Notes: generated from the letters alone by a model not told the origin. A stretch of 64,000 bases of DNA from an uncultured Clostridia bacterium (GCA_944392455.1 CALXWP010000004.1:18870-82869), one strand, 5' to 3'; shown: positions 21,135 through 31,733, numbered from the stretch's first letter. Translations and numbers: made by a program.

Positions 21135-22118
21135 TTATTCACATTTTTTATCACGTGTCATTAATTGAGTTACTGCTTCTCTTGGTTTTAATCCATTATA
21201 TAGTACATCATATACAGTATTTACAATTGGCATTTCTATATTATATTTTTCTGCTAATTTATGTGCAACCTCTATATTGTCTATACTTTCTATTGTTTGA
21301 CCAACTTCTATTTTAGTTTCCTCAACAGTTAGTCCCTTTCCTATACATCTACCAGCTCTTCTATTTCTGCTATGTTCACTAAGACAAGTAACAATTAAAT
21401 CTCCAAGTCCTGATAGCCCATAAAAAGTATTATGATTTCCTCCTAAAGCAACTCCTAAACGAGAAAGCTCTGTTAATCCTCTAGTTATTAAAGCTGCTAA
21501 TGTATTGTCTCCCATATTTAATTCTGCTACTATTCCAGCACAAAAAGCTATAATATTTTTTAAAGCTCCTCCAAGCTCTGCTCCTTTTACATCAGAGCTT
21601 GTATATATTCTTAAATTTTCATTCATGAATGTATCTTGTACTAGATATTGTACATCTAAACTTTGAGATGCTATTACTATAGCTGTTGGAATTCCTAAAG
21701 ATACTTCTTCTGCATGACTTGGTCCTGTAAACACACCAATTTTTGCAGAAGGTAATTCTTCATGTACAACTTCATTTAATGTATATAAAGTTGAAGATTC
21801 AAAACCTTTTGAACATAATATTATTGGTTGATCTTCTACATATCCTTTATACTTTTTTATTGTATCTCTAGTAAACTTTGAAGGTGTTACATGTAATATC
21901 ATATCACTTCCAACTACAGCTTCCTTGATATCAGTTGTACATTTAATATTATCTGGCATTACTGCCATAGGTAGAAATTTACATTTGTGCTTATTATTTA
22001 TTAAATTTTTTTCATCTTCTGAAAAAGACCACAATCTTATTTCATGTCCTAATTTTGCTGCGTGTATTGCCAAAGCAGATCCCCAGCTTCCGCTACCTAT
22101 TATACATACTTTCTTCAT
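21135..22118 (-). CDS. gpsA: NAD(P)H-dependent glycerol-3-phosphate dehydrogenase
   Basis: N-terminal GSGSWGSALA Rossmann motif. The ALKNIIA and GLGDLIVTC motifs are typical of GpsA. Confidence 0.92.
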   Translation of the reverse strand: MKKVCIIGSGSWGSALAIHAAKLGHEIRLWSFSEDEKNLINNKHKCKFLPMAVMPDNIKCTTDIKEAVVGSDMILHVTPSKFTRDTIKKYKGYVEDQPIILCSKGFESSTLYTLNEVVHEELPSAKIGVFTGPSHAEEVSLGIPTAIVIASQSLDVQYLVQDTFMNENLRIYTSSDVKGAELGGALKNIIAFCAGIVAELNMGDNTLAALITRGLTELSRLGVALGGNHNTFYGLSGLGDLIVTCLSEHSRNRRAGRCIGKGLTVEETKIEVGQTIESIDNIEVAHKLAEKYNIEMPIVNTVYDVLYNGLKPREAVTQLMTRDKKCE

Positions 22119-22167
22119 ATTCGCTCTCCTTTATTTTACATTTTTATATATTTAATATTCTTTTTCC

Positions 22168-22797
22168 TTATTTTGTATTCTTAAAGCTAATTCTATTTTC
22201 TGTTCCACTTAAAAGTCTTTTTACATTTTCTCTATGGTTAAATATTATTATAATTGCTAAAATAATACTATATATTAAATAATTTCCTGGTACTATGTAG
22301 TTTTGTGGAATAAATAGAGTAAGAACTGGATATAGTACAGCAGCTGCTATAGATCCTACTGAAACCATTTGTGTAAGAAGTATTAGTATAAGTGCAAATA
22401 CTAAACATATTAATCCAATTTGCCAATTAGACATTATTAATACTCCAAGTGATGTAGCAACACCCTTTCCTCCTTTAAACTTAAAGAATATTGGAAAAGT
22501 ATGTCCAAGTATTACTGCAACTCCTGCTATTTGCACTAATAATGCACTATTTGCATCTTTAAATATTTTTCCAAAAGCAATTGCTATTAATATTGAGACA
22601 ACTCCTTTTAATATATCACAAATTAATGTAATTGCCGCTGCTTTCTTTCCAACTGATCTTAACATATTAGTTGTTCCAGCATTTCCGCTTCCTTTGTCTC
22701 TTACATCAAAGCCGGCCATCTTTTTACTTAGTATAACTGAAAAATTAATACTTCCTATTAAATACGCTATTATTGCCATTATTGCACATTCTATCAT
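22168..22797 (-). CDS. plsY: glycerol-3-phosphate acyltransferase (acyl-phosphate dependent)
   Basis: 209-aa membrane protein with the SGNAGTTN and FKGGKGVAT motifs. Confidence 0.9.
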   Translation of the reverse strand: MIECAIMAIIAYLIGSINFSVILSKKMAGFDVRDKGSGNAGTTNMLRSVGKKAAAITLICDILKGVVSILIAIAFGKIFKDANSALLVQIAGVAVILGHTFPIFFKFKGGKGVATSLGVLIMSNWQIGLICLVFALILILLTQMVSVGSIAAAVLYPVLTLFIPQNYIVPGNYLIYSIILAIIIIFNHRENVKRLLSGTENRISFKNTK

Positions 22798-22842
22798 ATT
22801 TTTTCCTCCTTTATTTAGTACACACTTATTATATATTAAATT

Positions 22843-23295
22843 TTAATTTTTCAATAGTCTTTTTATAAAATTTAATAATTTTTTATACCATTTTTCTTTT
22901 TTAGTTGTTATTAAAGTTTCTTTCTTATTATTTTCTCTTTTTTCATTTGAGTCTTCTACTAAAGATTTTGTTAAATTATTCTTAAATATATCAGATTCAA
23001 ATTTTTCTTTTTTCTTATTTTCTTTATTTAAGTATACTATTTTTTCTTTATTTTTTATTATTTTTCTCTCTTCTTCAGAAGATATATAATCTGTATATAA
23101 AACAGATAGAATCTTTTCAGTATCATCCATTAATTCTAAATCATTTATATTATCTAAATCTATATTAAATTCGTAATTTTTATCCATTTTATATTTGATT
23201 GTTTGTATTACTTTATTTGGAATCTTTTCTTTATATTCATCTGACATGCAATTTATTATATTATATACTTCTGTATATGCTTTTGAATCCATCAT
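22843..23295 (-). CDS. small Lys/Glu-rich hypothetical protein, translationally coupled to the upstream helicase
   Basis: 150 aa. It has a 4-nt overlap (23292-23295) with the helicase stop codon. Confidence 0.5.
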   Translation of the reverse strand: MMDSKAYTEVYNIINCMSDEYKEKIPNKVIQTIKYKMDKNYEFNIDLDNINDLELMDDTEKILSVLYTDYISSEEERKIIKNKEKIVYLNKENKKKEKFESDIFKNNLTKSLVEDSNEKRENNKKETLITTKKEKWYKKLLNFIKRLLKN

Positions 23296-25796
23296 TTATC
23301 TTTCCCATCTCTACTCTCTTCTACTTCCATCACTAAGCCAAATAATTCTTTTCTTGTATCATCATTATTTTTTATTTGTCTTCTCACACTTGTTTTCATT
23401 TTATTTAAAACATCTCTATTAATACGCATCTGTTCAAGGTCTCTTAATTTCAATATTTGCTCTTTATATTGTTTAAATTCTTCTGGTAAATCATCTATTG
23501 GTATTCCTATTGTTTTCTTATATGCAATATATTCAGGAAGTCTTCCCATTCTATAATATAGATTTCTTTCATATTGTTCTTCATCACTTAGTTCTATTGC
23601 TTTAAGTCTTTTACCATTTTTTGAAATAATACCTCTAGGAATCTGTCCATCATGTTCTTCCATCCATTCTATTAATAATTCATATGAAGTCTTACCTAAA
23701 CCATAGCTTCTTAAAACTTTTATTTGTTCTTTATATTCAGAATACTTTTCTGGTAATTCATCTATTTGTATTCCCTTACATGCTTCTAAAGCTTCTCTAA
23801 TTTTTGATCTATTCCATCTAGCATATAAATTTCTTTCATCTTGCTCTTCATTAGTTAAATCTTCTACTCTTAATTGTTTTCTATTTTTCATTTTAGATCC
23901 TTGGGGCATTTTTCCTTTATGTGTTTCAAGCCACTGTATTATTTCTTCATACACATTTTTTTGTTCTAATCCTAGTCCAAATCCCCTTAAAATCTCTATC
24001 TCATCTTTATATTTTTTATATTTTTCCGGAATATTATCTAAACTTAAACCAACACAGTCTCTTAAAGCTTTATATTCTATAGAATTCTGCCATCTACCAT
24101 ATAAATTAATTTCATATTGTTCTTCTTCTGTTAAATTCTGAACTTTTACTCTTTTATTATTTTCACTTTTTTGTGATAGAGGCATCTTACCATCATGAGA
24201 TTCTAGCCACTCTATTATTTCTTCATAGGTTCTTTTTTGTTTTAATCCTAATCCATAACTTCTTAATAATTCTATATTATCTCTATATTCTTCTGGTACT
24301 TCACTTAATGCCACTCCTACATATTTATCAAGTATTCTTTTTTCTTCAGATCTAAGCCATCTCATATATAAGTTTCTTTCATACTTTTCATCTTCAGTAA
24401 GAGCTTCTGAATTTAATTGTTTTCCTTTTTTACTTATATTTCCTCTTGGCATATTTCCATCATGAGACTCTAGCCATTGTATTATTTCATCAAAAGTATT
24501 TCTATTGTGATAACTTAATTCTTCTCTAATTTCTTTTAATACATCAAGGAATTCTATTTCTTCATCTGTTATTCTTAGTATGTCTTGCTCTTGCTTGTCT
24601 TCTCCTTCTTCTTTTTTCTTGATATTGTTTCCTCTTCTAACAGCTCCTTGTAATTCCTTATATGTATCTATTTGTCTTATCCAGTTATTTACTGCATCAA
24701 CTATAACCGTTTCGTCTGCATCTCTATCTGCTGATAATACTCTTCCTACCATTTGTTTATACCTTATTTTAGAATTAGTTGGTTTAAATTGTATTTCGCC
24801 ATCTACTCCTTCTATATGCATACCTTCATTTAGCATATCTACACAAAAAAGTAAGTTTAAAGAATCATCTTTTTCTCTTGTTTCAAATTCTTCTAAAGTT
24901 TTTCTATTTTCTCTTTGAGTCTTTCCTGTCTTTCCTTTTTTACTAATAACATAATCCATCTTAATATTAGTATTAACTTTACCAAAGATTTCTTGTGCTT
25001 GATTCATTTTTTCAAACATTTCTTCTCTATTTGAACAAAATACTATATATTTTCCATTCTTTTTCTTCATAGCAGATTTCATAATATCTGATATGTCTGG
25101 TGAATTACTTACTATAGCCTTTAATTCTTCATATTTTTTTAATAATTTTTGTTTTTTACTAGCATCTTTTAATAAATCTATTTGTTCTTTATATAACTCT
25201 ATCTCTTCTCTAAAAGCTGATAGTACTTTTACATATCTTGCACCATTTAGAACAACTTCATTTTCCTTTGAACCACTTAGTGCTTCTGTTAAGCTCATTT
25301 CATATACAACATTTTCTCCAAACTTTTCATATGCCATATTTCTCTTATCTGTTCTTTCAGGTGTTGCTGACATTCCAATAATTTCCGCATCTGGATTTGC
25401 AGCAATTAATGCATCAATAGCAGGCTCCCAATTTTCTGCTCCCATTCTATGTATTTCATCAAATATTATTACATCAGGTTTCCAATTAGCAATTTCTTTA
25501 GTTAAACTAATTTTTTGATATGTTACAGCTCTAAAATTTGGAAAACTATTTTTGTTTACTCTTTTTTCATCTAGAATATATTTACTTATATATCCTTTAA
25601 ATTGATTTATTAAAAAAATATTAGGAGTTACTAAAAGAACTTTTTTACCAGGATATTCTTCCATGTATTTTAAAGGAGGAAAGCTTTTTCCCCCTCCCAT
25701 TGGATATATATGTGCTGATCTTTTATGTTTCTTTAAAGATTGTTTCATTAATTTATATGTTTTTTCTTGATGCCTATATTTTAATTCTACACTCAT
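23292..25796 (-). CDS. SF2 helicase (Res-subunit / DEAD-like N-terminal core) fused to four helicase-associated (HA-like) repeat modules
   Basis: Walker A PMGGGKS, DExH box FDEIH, SATP and motif VI QMVGRVLS. The C-terminal half holds four modules of about 90 aa of the form EEIIxWLExHxGKMP...EExYExNLYxRW...LRxxGLG. Confidence 0.8.
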   Translation of the reverse strand: MSVELKYRHQEKTYKLMKQSLKKHKRSAHIYPMGGGKSFPPLKYMEEYPGKKVLLVTPNIFLINQFKGYISKYILDEKRVNKNSFPNFRAVTYQKISLTKEIANWKPDVIIFDEIHRMGAENWEPAIDALIAANPDAEIIGMSATPERTDKRNMAYEKFGENVVYEMSLTEALSGSKENEVVLNGARYVKVLSAFREEIELYKEQIDLLKDASKKQKLLKKYEELKAIVSNSPDISDIMKSAMKKKNGKYIVFCSNREEMFEKMNQAQEIFGKVNTNIKMDYVISKKGKTGKTQRENRKTLEEFETREKDDSLNLLFCVDMLNEGMHIEGVDGEIQFKPTNSKIRYKQMVGRVLSADRDADETVIVDAVNNWIRQIDTYKELQGAVRRGNNIKKKEEGEDKQEQDILRITDEEIEFLDVLKEIREELSYHNRNTFDEIIQWLESHDGNMPRGNISKKGKQLNSEALTEDEKYERNLYMRWLRSEEKRILDKYVGVALSEVPEEYRDNIELLRSYGLGLKQKRTYEEIIEWLESHDGKMPLSQKSENNKRVKVQNLTEEEQYEINLYGRWQNSIEYKALRDCVGLSLDNIPEKYKKYKDEIEILRGFGLGLEQKNVYEEIIQWLETHKGKMPQGSKMKNRKQLRVEDLTNEEQDERNLYARWNRSKIREALEACKGIQIDELPEKYSEYKEQIKVLRSYGLGKTSYELLIEWMEEHDGQIPRGIISKNGKRLKAIELSDEEQYERNLYYRMGRLPEYIAYKKTIGIPIDDLPEEFKQYKEQILKLRDLEQMRINRDVLNKMKTSVRRQIKNNDDTRKELFGLVMEVEESRDGKDK
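23430..24500 (-). repeat. four diverged tandem coding repeats (about 270 nt each) inside the helicase gene
   Basis: The protein-level repeats begin TFDEIIQWLESHDGNMP, TYEEIIEWLESHDGKMP, VYEEIIQWLETHKGKMP and SYELLIEWMEEHDGQIP. Boundaries are approximate. Confidence 0.75.
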
Positions 25797-25820
25797 TTTT
25801 TCTCCTATTAAATATTATAT

Positions 25821-27149
25821 TTATATATCTTTTTCATTTCTTTCTCTAACTATCATTCTTACTGGTGTTCCTACCAAACCAAACTCTTTTCTAATTTGAT
25901 TTACTAGATATCTTTCATAAGAAAAGTGAAATAATTCTTTATCATTTACAAATACCACAAATGTTGGTGGTTTTGTTGTAGCTTGTGTCATATAAAATAT
26001 GCGAAGTCTTTTTCCTTTATCAGTTGGTGGCTGAACTATTGCTATTGCCTCATTTAATACTTGATTTAATACAGATGTAGATACCCTTAATGCATTTTGA
26101 CTTGCTACACTATTTATCATTTCAAACAATTTATTAACTCTTTGACCTGTTTTAGCTGATATAAATATTATTGGTGCATATGATAAATATGATAATTTAT
26201 TATATACTTCTTTTTTATATTTTTCTAAAGTTCCATTATCTTTATCATATTCATCCCATTTATTAACAACTATAATTATACCTTTACCGGCTTCATGTGC
26301 TTCACCTGCAATTTTAGTATCTTGCTCAGTTACACCTTCATTTGCATCAATCATAAGTAAACATACATCAGCTCTTTCTACTGCAAGTAAGCTTCTTATA
26401 ACACTGTATTTTTCTATTTTTTCTGATACTTTATTTTTTCTTCTTATACCTGCTGTATCTATAAATACGTATTTACCAAATTCATTTTCAAACTCAGAAT
26501 CTATAGCATCTCTTGTTGTTCCAGCTATATTGCTTACAATCATTCTATTTTCGCCTAATATTTTATTAACTAATGATGATTTCCCTACATTTGGTTTTCC
26601 TATAATTGCAACTTTGATTGTATCTTTATCATCTTCATTTTCGTCTAAAGGTGGTAATTTATCATATATTGCATCTAGTACATCTCCAATTCCTATTGCA
26701 TTTGCAGCAGATACTCTATATGGTTCTCCAAGTCCTAGATTATAGAATTCATATATTTCTTCTGGAGTTTTTCCATAATTATCTGCTTTATTACATACCA
26801 ATACAATTGGCTTTTTTGATTTTCTAAGCATTAATGCAATTTCATTATCTTGAGCTGTAACACCTTGTTTTATATCTGTTATAAATACTATTACATCAGC
26901 CATTGCGATTGCAAGATTTGCTTGCTCTCTCATTTGAGATATTATTATATCATCTGATTCTGGTTCAATTCCGCCTGTATCTACTAAATTAAAAGATCTT
27001 CCTCTCCAATTTGCTTCAGCATATACTCTATCACGAGTAACTCCTGGCGTATCTTCTACAATCGATATTCTACTACCTACTATGTAATTAAAAAATGATG
27101 ATTTTCCTACATTTGGTCTTCCTACTATAGCTACTGTTGGTCTTCCCAT
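25821..27149 (-). CDS. der: ribosome-associated GTPase Der (EngA), tandem G-domains plus KH-like domain
   Basis: Two GxPNVGKSS P-loops (GRPNVGKSS and GKPNVGKSS) and two DTxG motifs. Start chosen at the ATG 27147-27149 (MGRPTVAIVG), preceded by GGAGGT. Confidence 0.93.
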   Translation of the reverse strand: MGRPTVAIVGRPNVGKSSFFNYIVGSRISIVEDTPGVTRDRVYAEANWRGRSFNLVDTGGIEPESDDIIISQMREQANLAIAMADVIVFITDIKQGVTAQDNEIALMLRKSKKPIVLVCNKADNYGKTPEEIYEFYNLGLGEPYRVSAANAIGIGDVLDAIYDKLPPLDENEDDKDTIKVAIIGKPNVGKSSLVNKILGENRMIVSNIAGTTRDAIDSEFENEFGKYVFIDTAGIRRKNKVSEKIEKYSVIRSLLAVERADVCLLMIDANEGVTEQDTKIAGEAHEAGKGIIIVVNKWDEYDKDNGTLEKYKKEVYNKLSYLSYAPIIFISAKTGQRVNKLFEMINSVASQNALRVSTSVLNQVLNEAIAIVQPPTDKGKRLRIFYMTQATTKPPTFVVFVNDKELFHFSYERYLVNQIRKEFGLVGTPVRMIVRERNEKDI

Positions 27150-27324
27150 TTTTTTAACCTCCATATTATATACTTTTTATATTTTGAATTTTCAATTTTA
27201 TTTATTTTACAAATTTATTAATTTTCTTGTTTTTTATTGTATTTATATATTTATTAATATTTAATATTGATATCTCAATCTTTTAAATAAATATAATCAC
27301 ATAATAATTTTACTATAATCACAA

Positions 27325-27352
27325 AAAAATAGCAAGAAAATCTTGCTATTTC
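27325..27352 (-). terminator. rho-independent terminator after 27391..28266
   Basis: Minus strand: ATAGCAAGA-tttt-CTTGCTAT followed by TTTTTTT. Confidence 0.6.
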
Positions 27353-27390
27353 ATATGTTTTTACTATTTTTGATCTATTAAAATTAATAT

Positions 27391-28266
27391 TTATTTTGAT
27401 GTTTCACCTCTGAAATTAACATATTCTTTTATAATAGACATTAATCCATCATGAATATCCTTATCTGTTTTAAAAATATATAAATTATTATAATAATGAA
27501 CTAATCTCTCATATAAATATATTTTTCTTTCTTTATTAGTTTCTTTTTTCAAAGCACCTTCTAAATTCCTAATTACAGTTATATATGCTGTAATTATTTT
27601 ATCACTTGCTTCATATTCTAATCCTGCATCTCTAATATACTTGACTACACCTATATCAGGAATATTTCTTAATTTTATTCCTACCATTTTTGATAAATAT
27701 TCAATCTCATTTTCATTTTCTTTTCTTGGAAAGATCAGAAACGAATATCTCAGAATATTATATGCAAGCTCATGTTTTTTAGTTTCTATACAAAAATATG
27801 CATATTTTCTATATAGCATCGATAATTCAACTGGCTCTAATATTATTTCTTTTGCTTTATTAAAATATATCTCAAAATTATGAAAATCCTTTAATCTAAT
27901 ATAATTTTCTAATAATTCTAAATACATTTTTCCACTAATAGGATCCCATTTAAAAGCATTATTTATTTCTTTTATTGATTCTTTATACATTCTTTTTTCA
28001 AAACAAATTACGGCTTTTAAATAATATAGTTCGGATATAAAATTTCTTGTCCAAGAAATATTAACATGCTTATCTAGTGTTTGACAAAATAATATAAATT
28101 CTAGTTCATTTGCAAAATCATATACTCTACCATGATTATTTATTTCAACAACTTCAATTTGATTAAATAAATTATCTAATTTTTTCTCTGCATCTTCAAT
28201 ATTCCTATGTCTTATAAGTTCATTAATTTCTTCAATCTTTTTTATTATGCTTGAATTATCACTCAT
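27391..28266 (-). CDS. alpha-helical (TPR-like) hypothetical protein
   Basis: 291 aa with no TM helix and a helical-repeat-like composition. Function unknown. Confidence 0.45.
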   Translation of the reverse strand: MSDNSSIIKKIEEINELIRHRNIEDAEKKLDNLFNQIEVVEINNHGRVYDFANELEFILFCQTLDKHVNISWTRNFISELYYLKAVICFEKRMYKESIKEINNAFKWDPISGKMYLELLENYIRLKDFHNFEIYFNKAKEIILEPVELSMLYRKYAYFCIETKKHELAYNILRYSFLIFPRKENENEIEYLSKMVGIKLRNIPDIGVVKYIRDAGLEYEASDKIITAYITVIRNLEGALKKETNKERKIYLYERLVHYYNNLYIFKTDKDIHDGLMSIIKEYVNFRGETSK

Positions 28267-28294
28267 GTTTTACTAAACTCCTTTTTTATTTATA

Positions 28295-30016
28295 TTAATC
28301 TTTGTTAATACTTTCATTTGGTATCTTCTTGTCTCTAACTTTAAGATATATCAAAATCACAATTATTGCAATTAATGTTATAAAAGATATGATATATGAA
28401 ATTTTCATTAATAATGTACCAGTATATTTAACAATAATCTTTCCAGTATTCTCTTCTTGCAAATTTATTTGCACAAAACCATTTTCTGACTCTGATATAT
28501 CGATTTTTTCTTCTCCATTTTCATTTTGACAAATAACATCATATCCTAGGTAGTATATATATGGTAACTCTAAAATAGTATTATCCTTTATTTCTGATAC
28601 ATAAAATTCCATTTCTGAACCACTTTTGTTCTCATATTCTATATTAGCATAACCATTTAATATATATATAGTATTTTCTCTATGTTTTATATAATCTAAG
28701 TTTTCAAAAGCTTTACTTGGCAAATATTCAAAAGTAGCACATCCAGCATGAACTCTTCCAGTATAATCAGTAACAGCTACAGATGGCCATAGATCAGACT
28801 CTTCCCAATCTTTTTTAAAATCAATTCTTCTAACATAGGGTATTACTAATAATATGCAAATTGTACTTAATACAATTACATCTTTCATTTGAAAATCTTT
28901 TATTACTACCGAATAATTCACAGCTACAATAAAAACTAAAAAGAATGATGAAAATTCTAATAATCTAAAAGTAAATTGTATCATCTTTAGTATTGATGGC
29001 ATTTTTTCAAACGGAAAGATTCTTAATGAAACAAATATACATATTATTCCCATAATTAAAGAAAACCAATAAATCATTTTATTATTTTTATCTATCTTTT
29101 TATATGCTATAAATGTTAAAATTAATCCCACAATTGTAACAAAGCCAATTTCTCTAATAAGCTGTCCATCTTCTGTATATATTAAATCTATTAAATCTGT
29201 TTTATTATTTATTAATTTTTCTGTACTTTCCATTCTACCTTCTTTAAACACTTCATACTCTGTATTTAATCTATGTTCTAGCATAGGTAAAATATAAAAA
29301 CTTGAAAGTAGTATAATTAGCAAAATATTAATACCTAACATTTTTAATACTGTCTTATCTTTTAATTTCTTTATATTAATAACTAAATATATTAAACAGA
29401 ATATAGCTATATACATTGCTATAACAATATGAGTAGTTATTAATCCTACTGCTCCTAAAGTTAATATTAAACTCTTTTTTATATTCTTTTCTTCACTATT
29501 AAAAATATTATATACTCCTTGGAAAGTTATAGGAATAAATATAAATGAAGCAAGTTCTGCAATAGCAACTCTCATATACATATCAGTTAACCTATATGGA
29601 ACAAATATATATAAAGCTGAGGCTAAAAGTCCTGCATATCTGTTTTTTGTTACTTTTGTTGTAAATTCATACATTGCAATTCCACTTAAAAAGCTAATTA
29701 ATCCTATAAAAATTTTTAGAATTAATTCATATGAATTTGTAAATATTTTAAATATCATAGGTATATATGCTGTAAAAGGACTATAAAATATATTCCATGA
29801 ATACCCAAAACCATTACAGAAATTTGACATTATAACAGGAAAAACTTGTCCGTCTTCTGTAATTGACTGATATGTTCCCATAAGTCTAGCTACATGCTGA
29901 ATTCCATCATCTCTATATATATCAAAATCACTATTAATAAGTGGAATAGACACTATTAATGTAAATACTAATATAATTAAATAATCTTTAATTTTCACTT
30001 TTATTTTTTCTTTCAT
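28295..30016 (-). CDS. large polytopic membrane protein, GT-C-fold glycosyltransferase-like (paralog 2)
   Basis: 573 aa with about 12 TM helices. It has an N-terminal DDG..H..R motif, a C-terminal beta-rich domain (ELPYIYYLGYDV) and a final TM helix. It is a clear paralog of 29988..31733. Confidence 0.6.
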   Translation of the reverse strand: MKEKIKVKIKDYLIILVFTLIVSIPLINSDFDIYRDDGIQHVARLMGTYQSITEDGQVFPVIMSNFCNGFGYSWNIFYSPFTAYIPMIFKIFTNSYELILKIFIGLISFLSGIAMYEFTTKVTKNRYAGLLASALYIFVPYRLTDMYMRVAIAELASFIFIPITFQGVYNIFNSEEKNIKKSLILTLGAVGLITTHIVIAMYIAIFCLIYLVINIKKLKDKTVLKMLGINILLIILLSSFYILPMLEHRLNTEYEVFKEGRMESTEKLINNKTDLIDLIYTEDGQLIREIGFVTIVGLILTFIAYKKIDKNNKMIYWFSLIMGIICIFVSLRIFPFEKMPSILKMIQFTFRLLEFSSFFLVFIVAVNYSVVIKDFQMKDVIVLSTICILLVIPYVRRIDFKKDWEESDLWPSVAVTDYTGRVHAGCATFEYLPSKAFENLDYIKHRENTIYILNGYANIEYENKSGSEMEFYVSEIKDNTILELPYIYYLGYDVICQNENGEEKIDISESENGFVQINLQEENTGKIIVKYTGTLLMKISYIISFITLIAIIVILIYLKVRDKKIPNESINKD

Positions 30017-31733
30017 GTACTTCCTCTTTATTCTTTTTTCTAAAGTATATTATATAACAAATAAACAATATTACAGATAATCCAGATACAATATATATTG
30101 TTTTTTCTAATATTGTTCCTGTATAACTAACAATAATTTTTGCTTTAGTTAAATCATTAGGTATTATTATTTTTATAAAACCATTTTCTGACTCATTAGT
30201 TTCTAATTCAACAATTAAGTCGTCTTCTATTAACTCTACTTTATATCCAGGATAATATAAATATGGTAATTCTAATTCTGTTTGTTTCTTTACATTTTTA
30301 AGATCTATTTCCATATAAAGCCCGTCTTTATATTCATTTTCAATATCTGCCTCACCATTAAGAATATATGTTTCATCAGTCCTTACTAATAAATAATCTC
30401 TTTGTTTTGTAAGTGCTTTATATGGCATATAATCTCTATTAACTGAAAAATAATGTATTATAGGACTTGACCTAATTTTTTGTTCATAATTGTAATCCAA
30501 ATTGTAGTCATCTGTCTTATATACAGATAATTCCTTTACTGTAGATATTGCTATAATAATTATAACTAAAATATATATAAAATTTTTAATTTTCTCTATT
30601 TGTATGTTATTTAATAAAAAACATACATTTATTGCACATAAAGGTGTTAAGAAAAATAAAGCAAACCCGAGCATTCTCCAAGGATATTGTAAAGTACATA
30701 AAAAATCTGGCATAATCATCCATGGAAAAAATTTAGTGCACATTAGTATAGCTATAACAGCGAATACTATACTTGTTAAATAAAAATCTTTTAATCTATT
30801 ATCTAAATTTTTATATACAAATACACCTAATAATAGCATTGTAATAAAAGGTATTCCTAAAACAAAAGATACACCATTTTCTTCTTCTTTATCTTTTATA
30901 AGTTGCCATAATTCAATTGTATTGTCAGTCACGTATTCTCCACTCGTTTTTAGTGCATCAGGTTCAAATATTGAATAATGTGCTGATAATTCAAATTCAA
31001 TCATAGGTACCCAAAATATTGCTGTAATCAATAAAATAAAAATTATATTTATAATACATTTTGTTATAACATCTTTTTTAAAAAACAGTTTTAAATTAAA
31101 TAATATATATATAATGCAAAACAGAGCTGTATATACAGTTGAAATAGTATGTGATAGCATTAATCCTGTTGCTCCAATTGTAATATAATAATGTTTTTTA
31201 CCATCTCTATTTAACAAATTATATAATCCTTGAAATACTAATGGTATAAATACAAAAGCTGTAAATTCTCCTATTGCAAATCTATTATATATATCTTCTA
31301 ATCTGTAAGGTAAAACCATATAAATTATAGCGGCAAGTAGGGCAATTCTCTTCTTGTTGGTTACTTCTAATAAAAGATTATACATAAAAATTCCAGATAA
31401 AATAATTGTGATACAAGCAAATATTTTTATACCATTTGTAAATGTCCCTGCAATTATTCCTAAAAAATATGGAATATACGAAACAATTGTAGGATAAAAA
31501 GCTGTCATGCTATATCCCCAGTCATTACAAAAAAATGGTGCAATCAAAAATGGAAAACTCCCATTTTTCACAGCATTATCAATACCTATTAATCTTAATA
31601 GATGAAGCCATCCATCATCTGTTGATCTTATTTGTAACCATATAAGAGGTATTGATAATAATAAACCAATAATCAATATTATTAAGTAATAAATACTTTT
31701 CTTTTCTTTTAAAAGTTCTAGTATTTTTTTCAT
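29988..31733 (-). CDS. large polytopic membrane protein, GT-C-fold glycosyltransferase-like (paralog 1)
   Basis: 581 aa with the same architecture (DDGWLHLLRLIG, ELPYLYYPGYKV). It overlaps the downstream paralog by 29 nt. Confidence 0.6.
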   Translation of the reverse strand: MKKILELLKEKKSIYYLIILIIGLLLSIPLIWLQIRSTDDGWLHLLRLIGIDNAVKNGSFPFLIAPFFCNDWGYSMTAFYPTIVSYIPYFLGIIAGTFTNGIKIFACITIILSGIFMYNLLLEVTNKKRIALLAAIIYMVLPYRLEDIYNRFAIGEFTAFVFIPLVFQGLYNLLNRDGKKHYYITIGATGLMLSHTISTVYTALFCIIYILFNLKLFFKKDVITKCIINIIFILLITAIFWVPMIEFELSAHYSIFEPDALKTSGEYVTDNTIELWQLIKDKEEENGVSFVLGIPFITMLLLGVFVYKNLDNRLKDFYLTSIVFAVIAILMCTKFFPWMIMPDFLCTLQYPWRMLGFALFFLTPLCAINVCFLLNNIQIEKIKNFIYILVIIIIAISTVKELSVYKTDDYNLDYNYEQKIRSSPIIHYFSVNRDYMPYKALTKQRDYLLVRTDETYILNGEADIENEYKDGLYMEIDLKNVKKQTELELPYLYYPGYKVELIEDDLIVELETNESENGFIKIIIPNDLTKAKIIVSYTGTILEKTIYIVSGLSVILFICYIIYFRKKNKEEVHERKNKSEN

